Below are positions 37,473 through 46,342 of a stretch of DNA of 64,000 nucleotides, one piece after another. The notes under the pieces were generated by a model, which worked only from the letters and a program-made list of their open reading frames with translations, was not told where the DNA came from and searched no databases. The DNA is taken from positions 37,242 to 101,241 of IMG/VR virus record IMGVR_UViG_3300045125_000031, one strand, 5' to 3'. Origin of the DNA: a virus. Within the stretch, counting starts at the first letter, position 1. Each line of letters begins with the position of its first letter. A program made the translations under genes and the position numbers.

Positions 37473-39353
37473 CTAACAAGCACAGGTTTGTCCAGGACAA
37501 CATACATTACATCTCCAGCAATATCCACAAGTACATCCTGAACCTCCGCCAGTTGGTAAAGCAACAGGTGCTGCTGGGCTAGGTGCTACAGGTGCTGCTG
37601 GGCTAGGTGCTACAGGTGCTGCTGGGCTAGGTGCTACAGGTGCTGCTGGGCTAGGTGCTACAGGTGCTGCTGGGCTAGGTGCTACAGGTGCTGCTGGGCT
37701 AGGTGCTACAGGTGCTGCTGGGCTAGGTGCAACAGGTGCGGGTGCTGGTGATGGTGCAGCAGGTGAAGGTGCTACTGGAGCAGGGGATGCCCATGGCTCT
37801 GAAGAACACTCGCCAAAGTTGGTGCTCCAATAATATCCACATGACTGACACTTAGACTGGTTATATGACCAAGCCAAGTTTACATCACATGATGCGACAG
37901 GTGCAGGTGTAGGCGCTACAGGTGCTGGTGCTGGGGCAGGTGAAGGTGCTACAGGACTTGGCGCTACAGGTGAAGGTGCTACAGGACTTGGTGCTACTGG
38001 TGCTGGAGCAGGTGATGGAGCAGAAGGTGAAGGTGCTACAGGACTTGGCGCTGCTGGGGCAGGTGATGTCCATGGGGTTGTAGAACATTCACCAAATGTA
38101 TCTGAGTAGTAGTATCCGCAAGCCTGGCACATAGACTTAGTGTATGACCAAGCATCTGCAGGATTACATGATGCTGCAACTGGTGCTGCTGGTGCAGGTG
38201 CAGGTGATGGTGCTGGAGATGGTGCTGGAGATGGTGCTACAGGAGCAGGTGCAGGTGCTGGACTTGCACCGCAACTTGGTGTTCCGCTTTGAGGAGTTGA
38301 TCCACATACCCAACCTATTGGTGGATAACCATTTGCATTTTCTTGAGCAGCGTATGCATCTGCACAAGTTGCTGATGTTGCAAAAGGACCGTTAGGACTA
38401 TTTGTTAAATCACAATATCCAAAGTAATTTGTTGCTGCTACTGGTGCTGGGGCAGGTGCTGGGGCAGGTGCAGGACTTGGAGCAACTGGTGCAACAGGTG
38501 CGGGTGCAACAGGACTTGGTGCAACAGGACTTGGAGCAACTGGTGCAACTGGTGAAGGCGCTACAGGACTTGGAGCAACTGGTGCAACTGGTGAAGGCGC
38601 TACAGGACTTGGAGCAACTGGGCTAGGTGATACAGGAGCAGGTGCAGCAGGTGCAGGTGCTACAGGAGCAGGTGCTACAGGAGCAGGTGATGGTGCAACT
38701 GGTGAAGGCGCTACAGGAGCGGGAGAAGGAGTTGATCCTTCATATACATCGCCAGTAACTAACCAAGTATTAGTATCTAGTTTTATAACAGTAACTCTGC
38801 CGTATTGAGAATCAATATATGCTGCACTAGGATTTTTGCTAAGAACTGTTGCAGATGAACTAATAACTACTGTACCAGTTCCTAATCTAACCACATCAAA
38901 CTTAAAACCATTTGCTATTGGTAACTCTGCATTTGTTGGCAGGGCAATTGTAGAAGCAGAAGAACTGTCTACAGTAATTACTTTCCCAGCATCATTTAAA
39001 TCAATACTATAAGAGCCTAACTTTGATACAACATTTGAATACCCTGATACATTCTTCCATCCATTATGATAATACTGCAATTGATTTATTACAGTGCCAC
39101 CAGTTGTAGACTGTCTTACAAAACAAACTGATCCATCTACTGGGTTTGGTATAGCAATGTCACGAGTTTCTGGAGACTGGAAATTATTAATGCCTGCTCT
39201 TGATATTAAAACTTCTTCAAAAGTAACGGGGGATGCGAAGGTTTGTGAGGCAGTCCAAGTATAGGAAGCATTAGTATTAATAGCACCACTGATGGCATAC
39301 CATGTGCCATCTTTATAAATGTATGCTACTTTACCGTCACTATTAATTGGCAT
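37473..39353 (-). CDS. Fibre-type N-terminal domain plus Pro/Ala/Ser/Val repeat stalk with Cys modules and Cys-rich tip
   Basis: Intact 626-aa ORF with (PVAPS/PAA)n tracts, two related AWSY....CQ.CGYY.S..FGECS..PW modules and the C-terminus GGGSGCTCGYCWRCNVCCPGQTCAC. Confidence 0.85.
   Translation of the reverse strand: MPINSDGKVAYIYKDGTWYAISGAINTNASYTWTASQTFASPVTFEEVLISRAGINNFQSPETRDIAIPNPVDGSVCFVRQSTTGGTVINQLQYYHNGWKNVSGYSNVVSKLGSYSIDLNDAGKVITVDSSSASTIALPTNAELPIANGFKFDVVRLGTGTVVISSSATVLSKNPSAAYIDSQYGRVTVIKLDTNTWLVTGDVYEGSTPSPAPVAPSPVAPSPAPVAPAPVAPAPAAPAPVSPSPVAPSPVAPSPVAPVAPSPVAPSPVAPVAPSPVAPSPVAPAPVAPVAPSPAPAPAPAPAPVAATNYFGYCDLTNSPNGPFATSATCADAYAAQENANGYPPIGWVCGSTPQSGTPSCGASPAPAPAPVAPSPAPSPAPSPAPAPAAPVAASCNPADAWSYTKSMCQACGYYYSDTFGECSTTPWTSPAPAAPSPVAPSPSAPSPAPAPVAPSPVAPSPVAPSPVAPSPAPAPAPVAPTPAPVASCDVNLAWSYNQSKCQSCGYYWSTNFGECSSEPWASPAPVAPSPAAPSPAPAPVAPSPAAPVAPSPAAPVAPSPAAPVAPSPAAPVAPSPAAPVAPSPAAPVAPSPAAPVALPTGGGSGCTCGYCWRCNVCCPGQTCAC
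37567..37734 (-). repeat. 24-nt coding tandem repeat x7 (VAPSPAAP)
   Basis: GGTGCTGCTGGGCTAGGTGCTACA repeated; the last copy has one substitution. Confidence 0.9.
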
Positions 39354-39458
39354 CTGATGTCAACCCCAATGAACGCAACTCTGCTTCTGTTAAGCCCAAA
39401 GCAACTAATTTTGCTATGGCTCTTTCTTTTAGTATTTGATTGGTTTGTTCGTTAGACA

Positions 39459-39893
39459 TTATTCACCAATCACCCGCCATTCAAGTCCAGACCATACATA
39501 TAATTTTAATGGAGAAGAGTCTGAATCTACCCATAAAGTTCCAGATGTTAAATTTTCTGTTGGAGCGGTTGTTGAGTATGTTGCTGTTCCATATGTTGGA
39601 GCATTTCCAGTAACAGAATCTCCATCTACCCAAATATACCCATTAACTAACAGAGATCCTGATGGTTCGTCATTAGACAATGCTGATCTGGCTGGATCTG
39701 ATTCTATAACATCTAATCTTGTATCTAATGCTTTTATGTGTCCTGCTGTAGAGTTTGCTATTAATTCTGACTCTGTTGCTGGTACTGTAGTTGTTCCATA
39801 ATGATATAAACGAAGGGCAGCCTGAATATCAGCAGCATCCTCATAACCTGGGATCTGCGTCTTATAAACATTACCAATATCTTCAGAAGCCAC
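39459..39893 (-). CDS. Minor tail/fibre-associated protein
   Basis: IPGYEDAADIQAALRLYHYG and APT....GTLWVDSD motifs. Confidence 0.6.
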   Translation of the reverse strand: MASEDIGNVYKTQIPGYEDAADIQAALRLYHYGTTTVPATESELIANSTAGHIKALDTRLDVIESDPARSALSNDEPSGSLLVNGYIWVDGDSVTGNAPTYGTATYSTTAPTENLTSGTLWVDSDSSPLKLYVWSGLEWRVIGE

Positions 39894-39912
39894 CTAACAT
39901 CACCACCTTAGA

Positions 39913-40509
39913 TTATACCACTCGTATATCGAAGTGTACGGTTCTTGTTCCAGTATCTCCATCTGAAGATCCCAACGGTATCCAAGAGTTATCCTTATAC
40001 TCCAACGCCTTTATTACTATTACTAAATTAATGAACTCTGTTTCTTCATCTACTACAACCGATATAGAGTCTATGGATGACGCTACTGGGTTTTGGTTTT
40101 CTACACTGTATGTTATATTAAAGTTTTCTGATTCTACTGTTGAAACTAATGACAATGGAAGAATGTCTGTTACGTTAATTACCTTTGTTGCAGTTCCCTC
40201 TATAAAACTTAATGCATAGTTTTTCTTTAATTCGTTTGGAAAAATTTTAAATACCTTTACCCAAGTACCTCCAATAACTGGAACAGATACATACTGGTAT
40301 ACATTTAGGTATTCGCTATCTAGTGGATTTAAATTAAAAAATAAATCATATGGTAATGGTGTTCCTTCAAAAACTTCTGAAGGTTTTCCCATATCTAAAA
40401 ATATCTGACTTCCACGTTGACCTTTTGCACCTAAGTCTAAATCAACAGTTATTTCTGTTGGTGGACCTATAACTAAAAGATCGTCTGTAGAAAGTAAAAC
40501 CTCACTCAT
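39913..40509 (-). CDS. Virion structural protein
   Basis: Intact 198-aa ORF within the tail-associated operon; short GAKGQRGS motif. Confidence 0.5.
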   Translation of the reverse strand: MSEVLLSTDDLLVIGPPTEITVDLDLGAKGQRGSQIFLDMGKPSEVFEGTPLPYDLFFNLNPLDSEYLNVYQYVSVPVIGGTWVKVFKIFPNELKKNYALSFIEGTATKVINVTDILPLSLVSTVESENFNITYSVENQNPVASSIDSISVVVDEETEFINLVIVIKALEYKDNSWIPLGSSDGDTGTRTVHFDIRVV

Positions 40510-40877
40510 GCTGGCCTACTCACCTGATCAGTAACAGAAACAGTTCCAGTAAGCAAAGTGTAAATATATGGATATGGAGTGGATGATTTCTTTACTTCAA
40601 CGTCATAATAATATGTTTTAGTTGGATCTAGTTGTTCTCCTGCTGCTGGTGTAATAGCACACTTTACATAGTTAGGAAAATCTTCGCCTCCAGTTAAAGT
40701 TGGAATTACCGAATAACATTCAATAAGGGTTGTTGTTCCTCTTGATTCACCAATTTTAAATTGAACCGTATAGTCAGTTAGGTCCATAGCAGAGCCTCCT
40801 GCTAGTTTAGGGTATATGTTAAACTCGTAGGTGTCACCCTTATAATAATTTATATTTAATTCTCCTGGAAATGCCAT
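40506..40877 (-). CDS. BppU-like Ig domain protein
   Basis: YYKGDTYEF..., YYYDVEV and TLLTGTVSV motifs. Confidence 0.55.
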   Translation of the reverse strand: MAFPGELNINYYKGDTYEFNIYPKLAGGSAMDLTDYTVQFKIGESRGTTTLIECYSVIPTLTGGEDFPNYVKCAITPAAGEQLDPTKTYYYDVEVKKSSTPYPYIYTLLTGTVSVTDQVSRPA

Positions 40878-40893
40878 GGTTCCTCCTCGTAAA

Positions 40894-41622
40894 TTATACC
40901 ACGCCGATGTATATAGAATTCAAAATTACAGAAGAGTCGTAGTCTGTTCTAATCTGGGGTATAGCACCAGAATTCCACATCTCCTCATTCTCTATAAAAA
41001 AGTGCTGAGTAACATACATATTATAGACATATTGATATTTTAGTGATGCTACAAACTGAGATATTTCGGTGGTAGATTTAGGGAAAAGAGTCCTAATCCA
41101 AACCTCAGTATTATTATATTCAGTAGTTAGTTCAAAGTTATAAGTTACAAAAACCTGTGACCCCACCTTTAAGCCATGGAAGTTAAGCATTCTCTGTTCT
41201 GCATTCCAAAGACTTGTACATCCTTCTGGTATATATTTTTCATTGGTATCTTTACCTTTTGAATCTACCCAAAGGCTTACCCACCCTTCGTCACCGTAAC
41301 TTACTCCTAAATTTATTGGTTTTTTATTTAAGTTAAAGTATGCTGCCCAACCAGCCTGTTGTCCAGATGAGGATAAAGAACTTTTTCCATCATTACCGTC
41401 TTTACCAGTTGCACCTTTTTCGCCTTTGGGACCCTGGCTACCGTCTTTTCCAGCAGGTCCTTGGGGTCCAACAGGCCCAGCCACTCCTGCAGGCCCCTGT
41501 GGCCCAGGAACGGGTATATAGTTGATTAATGTATCAGATCCTGTTGTTTGTGTTTGTACTACTTGATCTGCGTAAGTTGATTTTTTTGCACCAGGAAAAT
41601 CCATAGACTTAGATACAGGCAT
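40894..41622 (-). CDS. Collagen-like (Gly-X-Y) virion protein
   Basis: About 13 G-X-Y triplets: GPQGPAGVAGPVGPQGPAGKDG... Confidence 0.8.
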   Translation of the reverse strand: MPVSKSMDFPGAKKSTYADQVVQTQTTGSDTLINYIPVPGPQGPAGVAGPVGPQGPAGKDGSQGPKGEKGATGKDGNDGKSSLSSSGQQAGWAAYFNLNKKPINLGVSYGDEGWVSLWVDSKGKDTNEKYIPEGCTSLWNAEQRMLNFHGLKVGSQVFVTYNFELTTEYNNTEVWIRTLFPKSTTEISQFVASLKYQYVYNMYVTQHFFIENEEMWNSGAIPQIRTDYDSSVILNSIYIGVV

Positions 41623-41764
41623 GTAGACATTATCTCACAATATTATTGACAGATATATAAAAAAGACATATTAATTATTTACTATTTAACCTTGTAGGTT
41701 TTTCCATTTATTTTTATTACTGATGGAATATTATCTTTCTTATCGCTTACCTTAATAACTGGCA

Positions 41765-42163
41765 TTATAGACTGCCTCCAGGAGTTACATCTCCAAGTAC
41801 ATAAATTGTACCTATAACTGGAGTCCAGATAATATCATCCTGATCATCTGGAATCTTTACCTGTAAATCAAATGGCAGTTCTGCAACTGTTGACGAATAT
41901 TTAGTTCCCCAATTTTCTGTTACTGAAGGAAGAGCGGTAACTGTAACGTATCCGTCTGAGGCGTTGCAATCTAATGCATCTAATACATCTCCAGACTGAT
42001 CATATGCTGTTGCTTTATAAGTCCATCCTTCAGTACTGTAATATGTAGTTTCATCATTTTCAAAAAATTCTATTTTTAATGTTGCGCTATCTCCACGAAC
42101 AACTCTCCATTGAAGTGACACTGGGTCAGCACCAAAAATTTCGGGAGAGCATAAGTTAGCCAT
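41765..42163 (-). CDS. BppU-like Ig domain protein
   Basis: MANLCSPE..., WRVVRGDSATL and LPFDLQV motifs; paralog of 30510-30916. Confidence 0.5.
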   Translation of the reverse strand: MANLCSPEIFGADPVSLQWRVVRGDSATLKIEFFENDETTYYSTEGWTYKATAYDQSGDVLDALDCNASDGYVTVTALPSVTENWGTKYSSTVAELPFDLQVKIPDDQDDIIWTPVIGTIYVLGDVTPGGSL

Positions 42164-42439
42164 AATAGAAAGATTATACCATGAAATATGGACTTGCCCC
42201 AAGATCGGTGGGTATGAGAGACAGATCAGGGGGCAAGCAATTAAAAGTATATCATAAGAGACAAAACGGACATCTATGTTTGCATCAGAAAAAACTTTGT
42301 GGTATAGTATTTACAGGGTTTGTGGGGGACTTTGCACTAGAGATACACTCACTTCTCACCATTAGATGTAATAAAAAATCTATGGGGGGAGGGGGGACTT
42401 TCCCTCAGAGATACTTATTACTTATATATAATATATAGA

Positions 42440-42741
42440 GAATTACTTGCTATTCTTTGCTACAAAATCTAAAAAATTTCATACATATGATCAAGTTTTT
42501 TTTGCATATTATTTTGCTTAATTTCTTCTTTTAACATATGGTCTTTAAGATGTGATACATCTGACTCTAATCTAGTAACTGCATCTTTTAAACTCGATCC
42601 GCTATTTGGTTTAAACTCTGCTTTTATTTCGGCAAAATAATGTTTTACGAGCCACTTGATTGAAATGGCAATACCAGACAAAATGGTAAACACACCGATT
42701 ATAATTTCGAGTAGTAGGGCTGTGCCTTCGGAAGCGAACAT
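42440..42741 (-). CDS. Single-TM coiled-coil membrane protein (holin-like); end approximate
   Basis: N-terminal TM helix, EFKPNSGSSLKDAVTRLE motif and coiled C-terminus. Confidence 0.45.
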
Positions 42742-42887
42742 AACAGGAAAATTATAACACGGTGTTTTTAAAAAATAAAACTAAGTTCGGCGGGTGGCAC
42801 TACAGTTCGAAATTTTTAACATCGGCGACAGAGATAATACGCATTACCTATGCTGCTCACGCAGCAAATATATGCGAAGTTATCAGA

Positions 42888-43587
42888 TTAAGATGTTATA
42901 AGGTTTTTCTTTATTTCCTCTAATATCTGGTTTTGGCTATCTCTGCCTTCTGCTATTTCATAACGTTCTTCTAGAGTTAATCCTGGACCATCTCTTTTAA
43001 TGGATCTTAAAAATGATTGAGCCATTTCTCTAATTGTGTCAGTCATCATAAACTTTTGGAAAACTATTTTATTGTCTGTCAATGCTTGGAAATAAAATAA
43101 GTCATCTCCTTCATTAATTGTAAACTCAGTATTGTCGATAGGAACAAACCAATTTAATACAGCAGGGCGATACCATCTACCAATGTCAAACTCTCCGCTA
43201 ATTAACATAGCATTTTTTGACGGGGAAGATGGAGGGTAGTTAGGAGTCGACATCCTAATGGTTAATGGCTTATCGGCAAACATAACATAGTTAACATCAT
43301 ATATAAGATCTACATAACCATTTATGGCTGGTTTGCGAGATTGTCTGATAGTTACATTATTGCCGTAGTTGTCTAATTCTCCTACGCCTCTATGTGCAAT
43401 AGATTTTAAATACCCTTCGGGCCAAACACATTTATCGGATTTATTGGCTTTGAAGGTAAAAAGGTTTTTGAGATAAGCACCAGAGGCTGGACATCCGAAA
43501 AACCCCATATCGGCATCATCTTTGTTTTCTGGTATATTATTTACGAAATAATTCTTTACTGGCTCAGGGCTCTTTGAGAAACCATGT
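42888..43587 (-). CDS. Conserved hypothetical (oxygenase-associated family), frameshifted
   Basis: FFGCPA, SGEFDIGRWYRP and INEGDDLFY motifs. Confidence 0.5.
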
Positions 43588-43685
43588 ATCTGGGCTAGAT
43601 GGGTTTCTTAGGGATGATGACCAATAGATAGTTGTTATTTCCTTCATATATTGATTATAGCATTTGGCTGTGATAGAATATATAT

Positions 43686-43886
43686 ATGGGAGACGATGTT
43701 AAGTTTAGTGACTTGTTTGATCCTAATCAGCCAAGAAGTGATAGAGATTTAATTGAGTCCCGCCTTGAAATATGCAATACGTGCGAACACTTTAATCGTC
43801 GTATGGTAAAATGTAAGAAATGTGGTTGTTTTATGAAACTTAAGACAACTTTAAGATCGGCTAAATGCCCTATAGGAAAGTGGTGA
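43686..43886 (+). CDS. Small Cys-rich protein (DUF6171-like), paralog of 37195-37434
   Basis: RLEICNTC......KCKKCGCFMKLKT.L..AKCPIGKW. Confidence 0.7.
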   Translation: MGDDVKFSDLFDPNQPRSDRDLIESRLEICNTCEHFNRRMVKCKKCGCFMKLKTTLRSAKCPIGKW

Positions 43887-43889
43887 GAG

Positions 43890-44075
43890 ATGAATAAGGA
43901 AGAAGTTATTAAGTTAATGCTTGATAGCATGAATACTGACAATAGAGAGTTGTGCAAGCAGGCTGGAATTAGTGAGTCAGATGCAGAAACACAAATTTCA
44001 CAAAGTCAACCAACCCTAATCTTTATGTTTGGTAATATATACGACAAACTAAAGACTAATGGCGTTATTGCTTAA
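43890..44075 (+). CDS. Hypothetical protein
   Basis: Intact 61-aa ORF directly after the Cys-rich gene. Confidence 0.55.
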   Translation: MNKEEVIKLMLDSMNTDNRELCKQAGISESDAETQISQSQPTLIFMFGNIYDKLKTNGVIA

Positions 44076-44093
44076 TCTATTGTTTTAAAAAAT

Positions 44094-44137
44094 AAAAAAT
44101 ACTCCAATAGTTATATTCTACTGGAGTATTATTTTAT
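44094..44137. terminator. Bidirectional terminator between convergent genes
   Basis: AATACTCCAATAG...CTACTGGAGTATT inverted repeat with an A-tract on the left and a T-tract on the right. Confidence 0.65.
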
Positions 44138-44944
44138 TTATGCTAGTGAAATTGATTGTGAAGAAGATAACTGCTGCAATTCTGTATCAACGTTTGGGTT
44201 GATTGAAGCCTTTGCACCAGCAAGTAATTCTTCGATATGTTGGCAAACCACTGCAAACTCTTCTTCGAAAATCTTTTGAGATCTTCCAAGTCCCATTCCA
44301 GCAGTAGGTTGGTTTTCCTTTAGTGTTGCTTCGATATCATAGTTAAGAGTTGTGCACTGATAGTGTTTTGCAACATAACCATCCTTGTCAACTAAATACT
44401 TTTCAAAGTTACCGCCCATCCAGTCACCATTGTCAAAACCTAGGTTAAGCCAATGTGAGTAATAGTCTTGAGACTCTGTTGGTGTGTTTTCAGCAATATT
44501 TTTTGCCTTAAATTGTCTTTGATGATCTTGTATTGTTAGATATAGATCATGTGGAGGAAGGTTTTCTTTTCCTAATCCATTGATACCAGGAGTTTCGCTA
44601 ACCTTGTCATGTGGGACAGATCCTACCATTTCAGAAAAACCAAATGTTGTTCCATAAACATCTTTTCCATATGCCTGTGAGTCAGCACCACATGTAATAC
44701 CTTCTGACCACTTACCCTTTGTAATTCCAGGACCACAGTAATCATTTGTTGGGATAGCAATTACTTGGAATCCTTGATCACCATATTTGTCCTGAAGCAT
44801 TTGTAAAACTTCCATTTGATTTGCGTTACCGCAGCCAACTGTTGTGTTAGCGATTAGGGTTACTTTACCCTTATATTGATTTAGAAACCCAGGAGTACCT
44901 TCTGCTGAATTTAAGTCAATGTCGTATATAGATTTTAGTGTCAT
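44138..44944 (-). CDS. Glutathione peroxidase family (Cys-GPx) protein
   Basis: SIYDI, YKGKVTLIANTTVGCG, LQDKYGDQGFQVIAIPTNDY and NFEKYLVDKDG motifs. Confidence 0.85.
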   Translation of the reverse strand: MTLKSIYDIDLNSAEGTPGFLNQYKGKVTLIANTTVGCGNANQMEVLQMLQDKYGDQGFQVIAIPTNDYCGPGITKGKWSEGITCGADSQAYGKDVYGTTFGFSEMVGSVPHDKVSETPGINGLGKENLPPHDLYLTIQDHQRQFKAKNIAENTPTESQDYYSHWLNLGFDNGDWMGGNFEKYLVDKDGYVAKHYQCTTLNYDIEATLKENQPTAGMGLGRSQKIFEEEFAVVCQHIEELLAGAKASINPNVDTELQQLSSSQSISLA

Positions 44945-44965
44945 TTATGACCCCCCTCATTTTTA

Positions 44966-45085
44966 TTAAGATTCTTGTACATTTACTTCAGGCTGTGCTT
45001 CTGCCGAAGTATCTGGCTTTGATCTATGAGGATCTGTACATGTGCAGCCAGCGCAGCACTTCTGTTCTAATGATAATTCTGTCAT
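44966..45085 (-). CDS. 39-aa Cys-containing peptide
   Basis: MTELSLEQKCCAGCTCTDPHRSKP...; upstream TATAAT. Confidence 0.45.
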   Translation of the reverse strand: MTELSLEQKCCAGCTCTDPHRSKPDTSAEAQPEVNVQES

Positions 45086-45112
45086 GATCGTATTATATCT
45101 CCTTATTTTGAT

Positions 45113-45292
45113 TTAGGAGCATTCAGTACAACACTCCTCTTTGAATAGTTTGAGTGCCAAACCATCATTTTCGGGTCTGCCTAAGTCTTCCCAGAATTTC
45201 TCTCTGCTCATGGCATCAGTTTCTACTATCTTGCCTGATTCAAAGTTTGCCTCATTATCCCAGGCGTTTTCTAGATTATCTAAGATTCCCAT
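45113..45292 (-). CDS. 59-aa hypothetical protein
   Basis: MGILDNLENAWD...KEECCTECS*; leaderless extended -10. Confidence 0.5.
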   Translation of the reverse strand: MGILDNLENAWDNEANFESGKIVETDAMSREKFWEDLGRPENDGLALKLFKEECCTECS

Positions 45293-45448
45293 GCTATTTA
45301 TTATACACTAAATCTGAAAAATTTTTTAAATTCCGTTTTCAGGAAAATCTGAATATTTTGCTAAAGTGTATGATACGGAAAATAAAAAGAATAATAACAA
45401 AATAATAGTGAGCACATTTTTGCCCACGATCTTTTTGTTACATTGAGT

Positions 45449-46099
45449 TTATTCTAACTCATGCCTTGGCTTCTTGCCTACTATCCACCCATTGTGTATT
45501 CCTACAAGGGGTGCGTCAATACATACAGCAACCCCTCCGTCAATTGTGTTGGAAAGAAACCGATAAACTTATCTACCGCTTGCTTGCTATAAAACGGGAT
45601 AGTCTTGCTCTCACCCGTTACTGTTGTTAGTTTTACTTGTATCATTGTTATTTTCTCCTAATTCTATTCTATCATTTATTTTGCCGTAATGTGAGCGGTC
45701 ATAGTTAGCAATAGTGCCTCCACTCAATAGGTGAGCCTTTCTCCTTAGTTGCTCCTCGCTATACCCCGCCACTATAACACGCACTCGCAAGGTTCGATAG
45801 CGTAATCTTCGTTATCGCCATAAAAAATAATTCCTCTGCCTGAGCAGGTATCGCAGTCTATAATTTGTAGTGAGTTTATCATTTGATAACCTTCTTCTTT
45901 TTTTATCTAATAATTCTATTCTATACTATGGGACTGACAAAAAGAGGGTCTATTTGCCAATGTCTGATGTGACTTAGGTCACGCTCCAAAGATGAAGCAT
46001 AGGGTAATCGCTAAGCCTACGCCTATAAAGGCTCCAATAGGTCCCGCTACATCTGCGTATGTGTCTAACCAGTCGATGATTGCTGTAAATGGATTCATT
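45449..46099 (-). other. Leftward small early genes (3-4 ORFs)
   Basis: Hand-read ORFs MNPFTAIIDW..., MINSLQIIDCDTCSG... and MIQVKLTTVTG..., each with an RBS. Confidence 0.5.
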
Positions 46100-46342
46100 T
46101 TGTATCCCTTTCGTTTAGTAGTTATACTTTAACTATCTAATACTGGAAGTATAACAGATAGGACTGACAAAATCAACTCTCAGCACGGCGTGTCGTATGT
46201 GATTTAGCCCACATTGCCTAGGAAAAAGTTATCCACAGGTCAGACCATTCATGTGTGGATAACTTATGTGACCTTTATCACAAAAATAGTTTTCCGACAC
46301 GCCCGAAAAACAGGCAAAAATGTCAGACCCCTGTGTTAGACT
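45918..46342. promoter_or_regulatory. Divergent early promoter region with DnaA, CRP-like, GACAC and TGTCAG-N10-TANNNT elements
   Basis: Gene strand switches here. Two leftward and one rightward promoter, two perfect DnaA boxes and three TGTGA-N6-TCACA-like sites. Confidence 0.75.

Noticed and set aside
37885-38626. Short overlapping Cys/Ser/Thr or LEQLVQ ORFs
   Set aside because: Off-frame and antisense readings of the PVAPS repeat gene.
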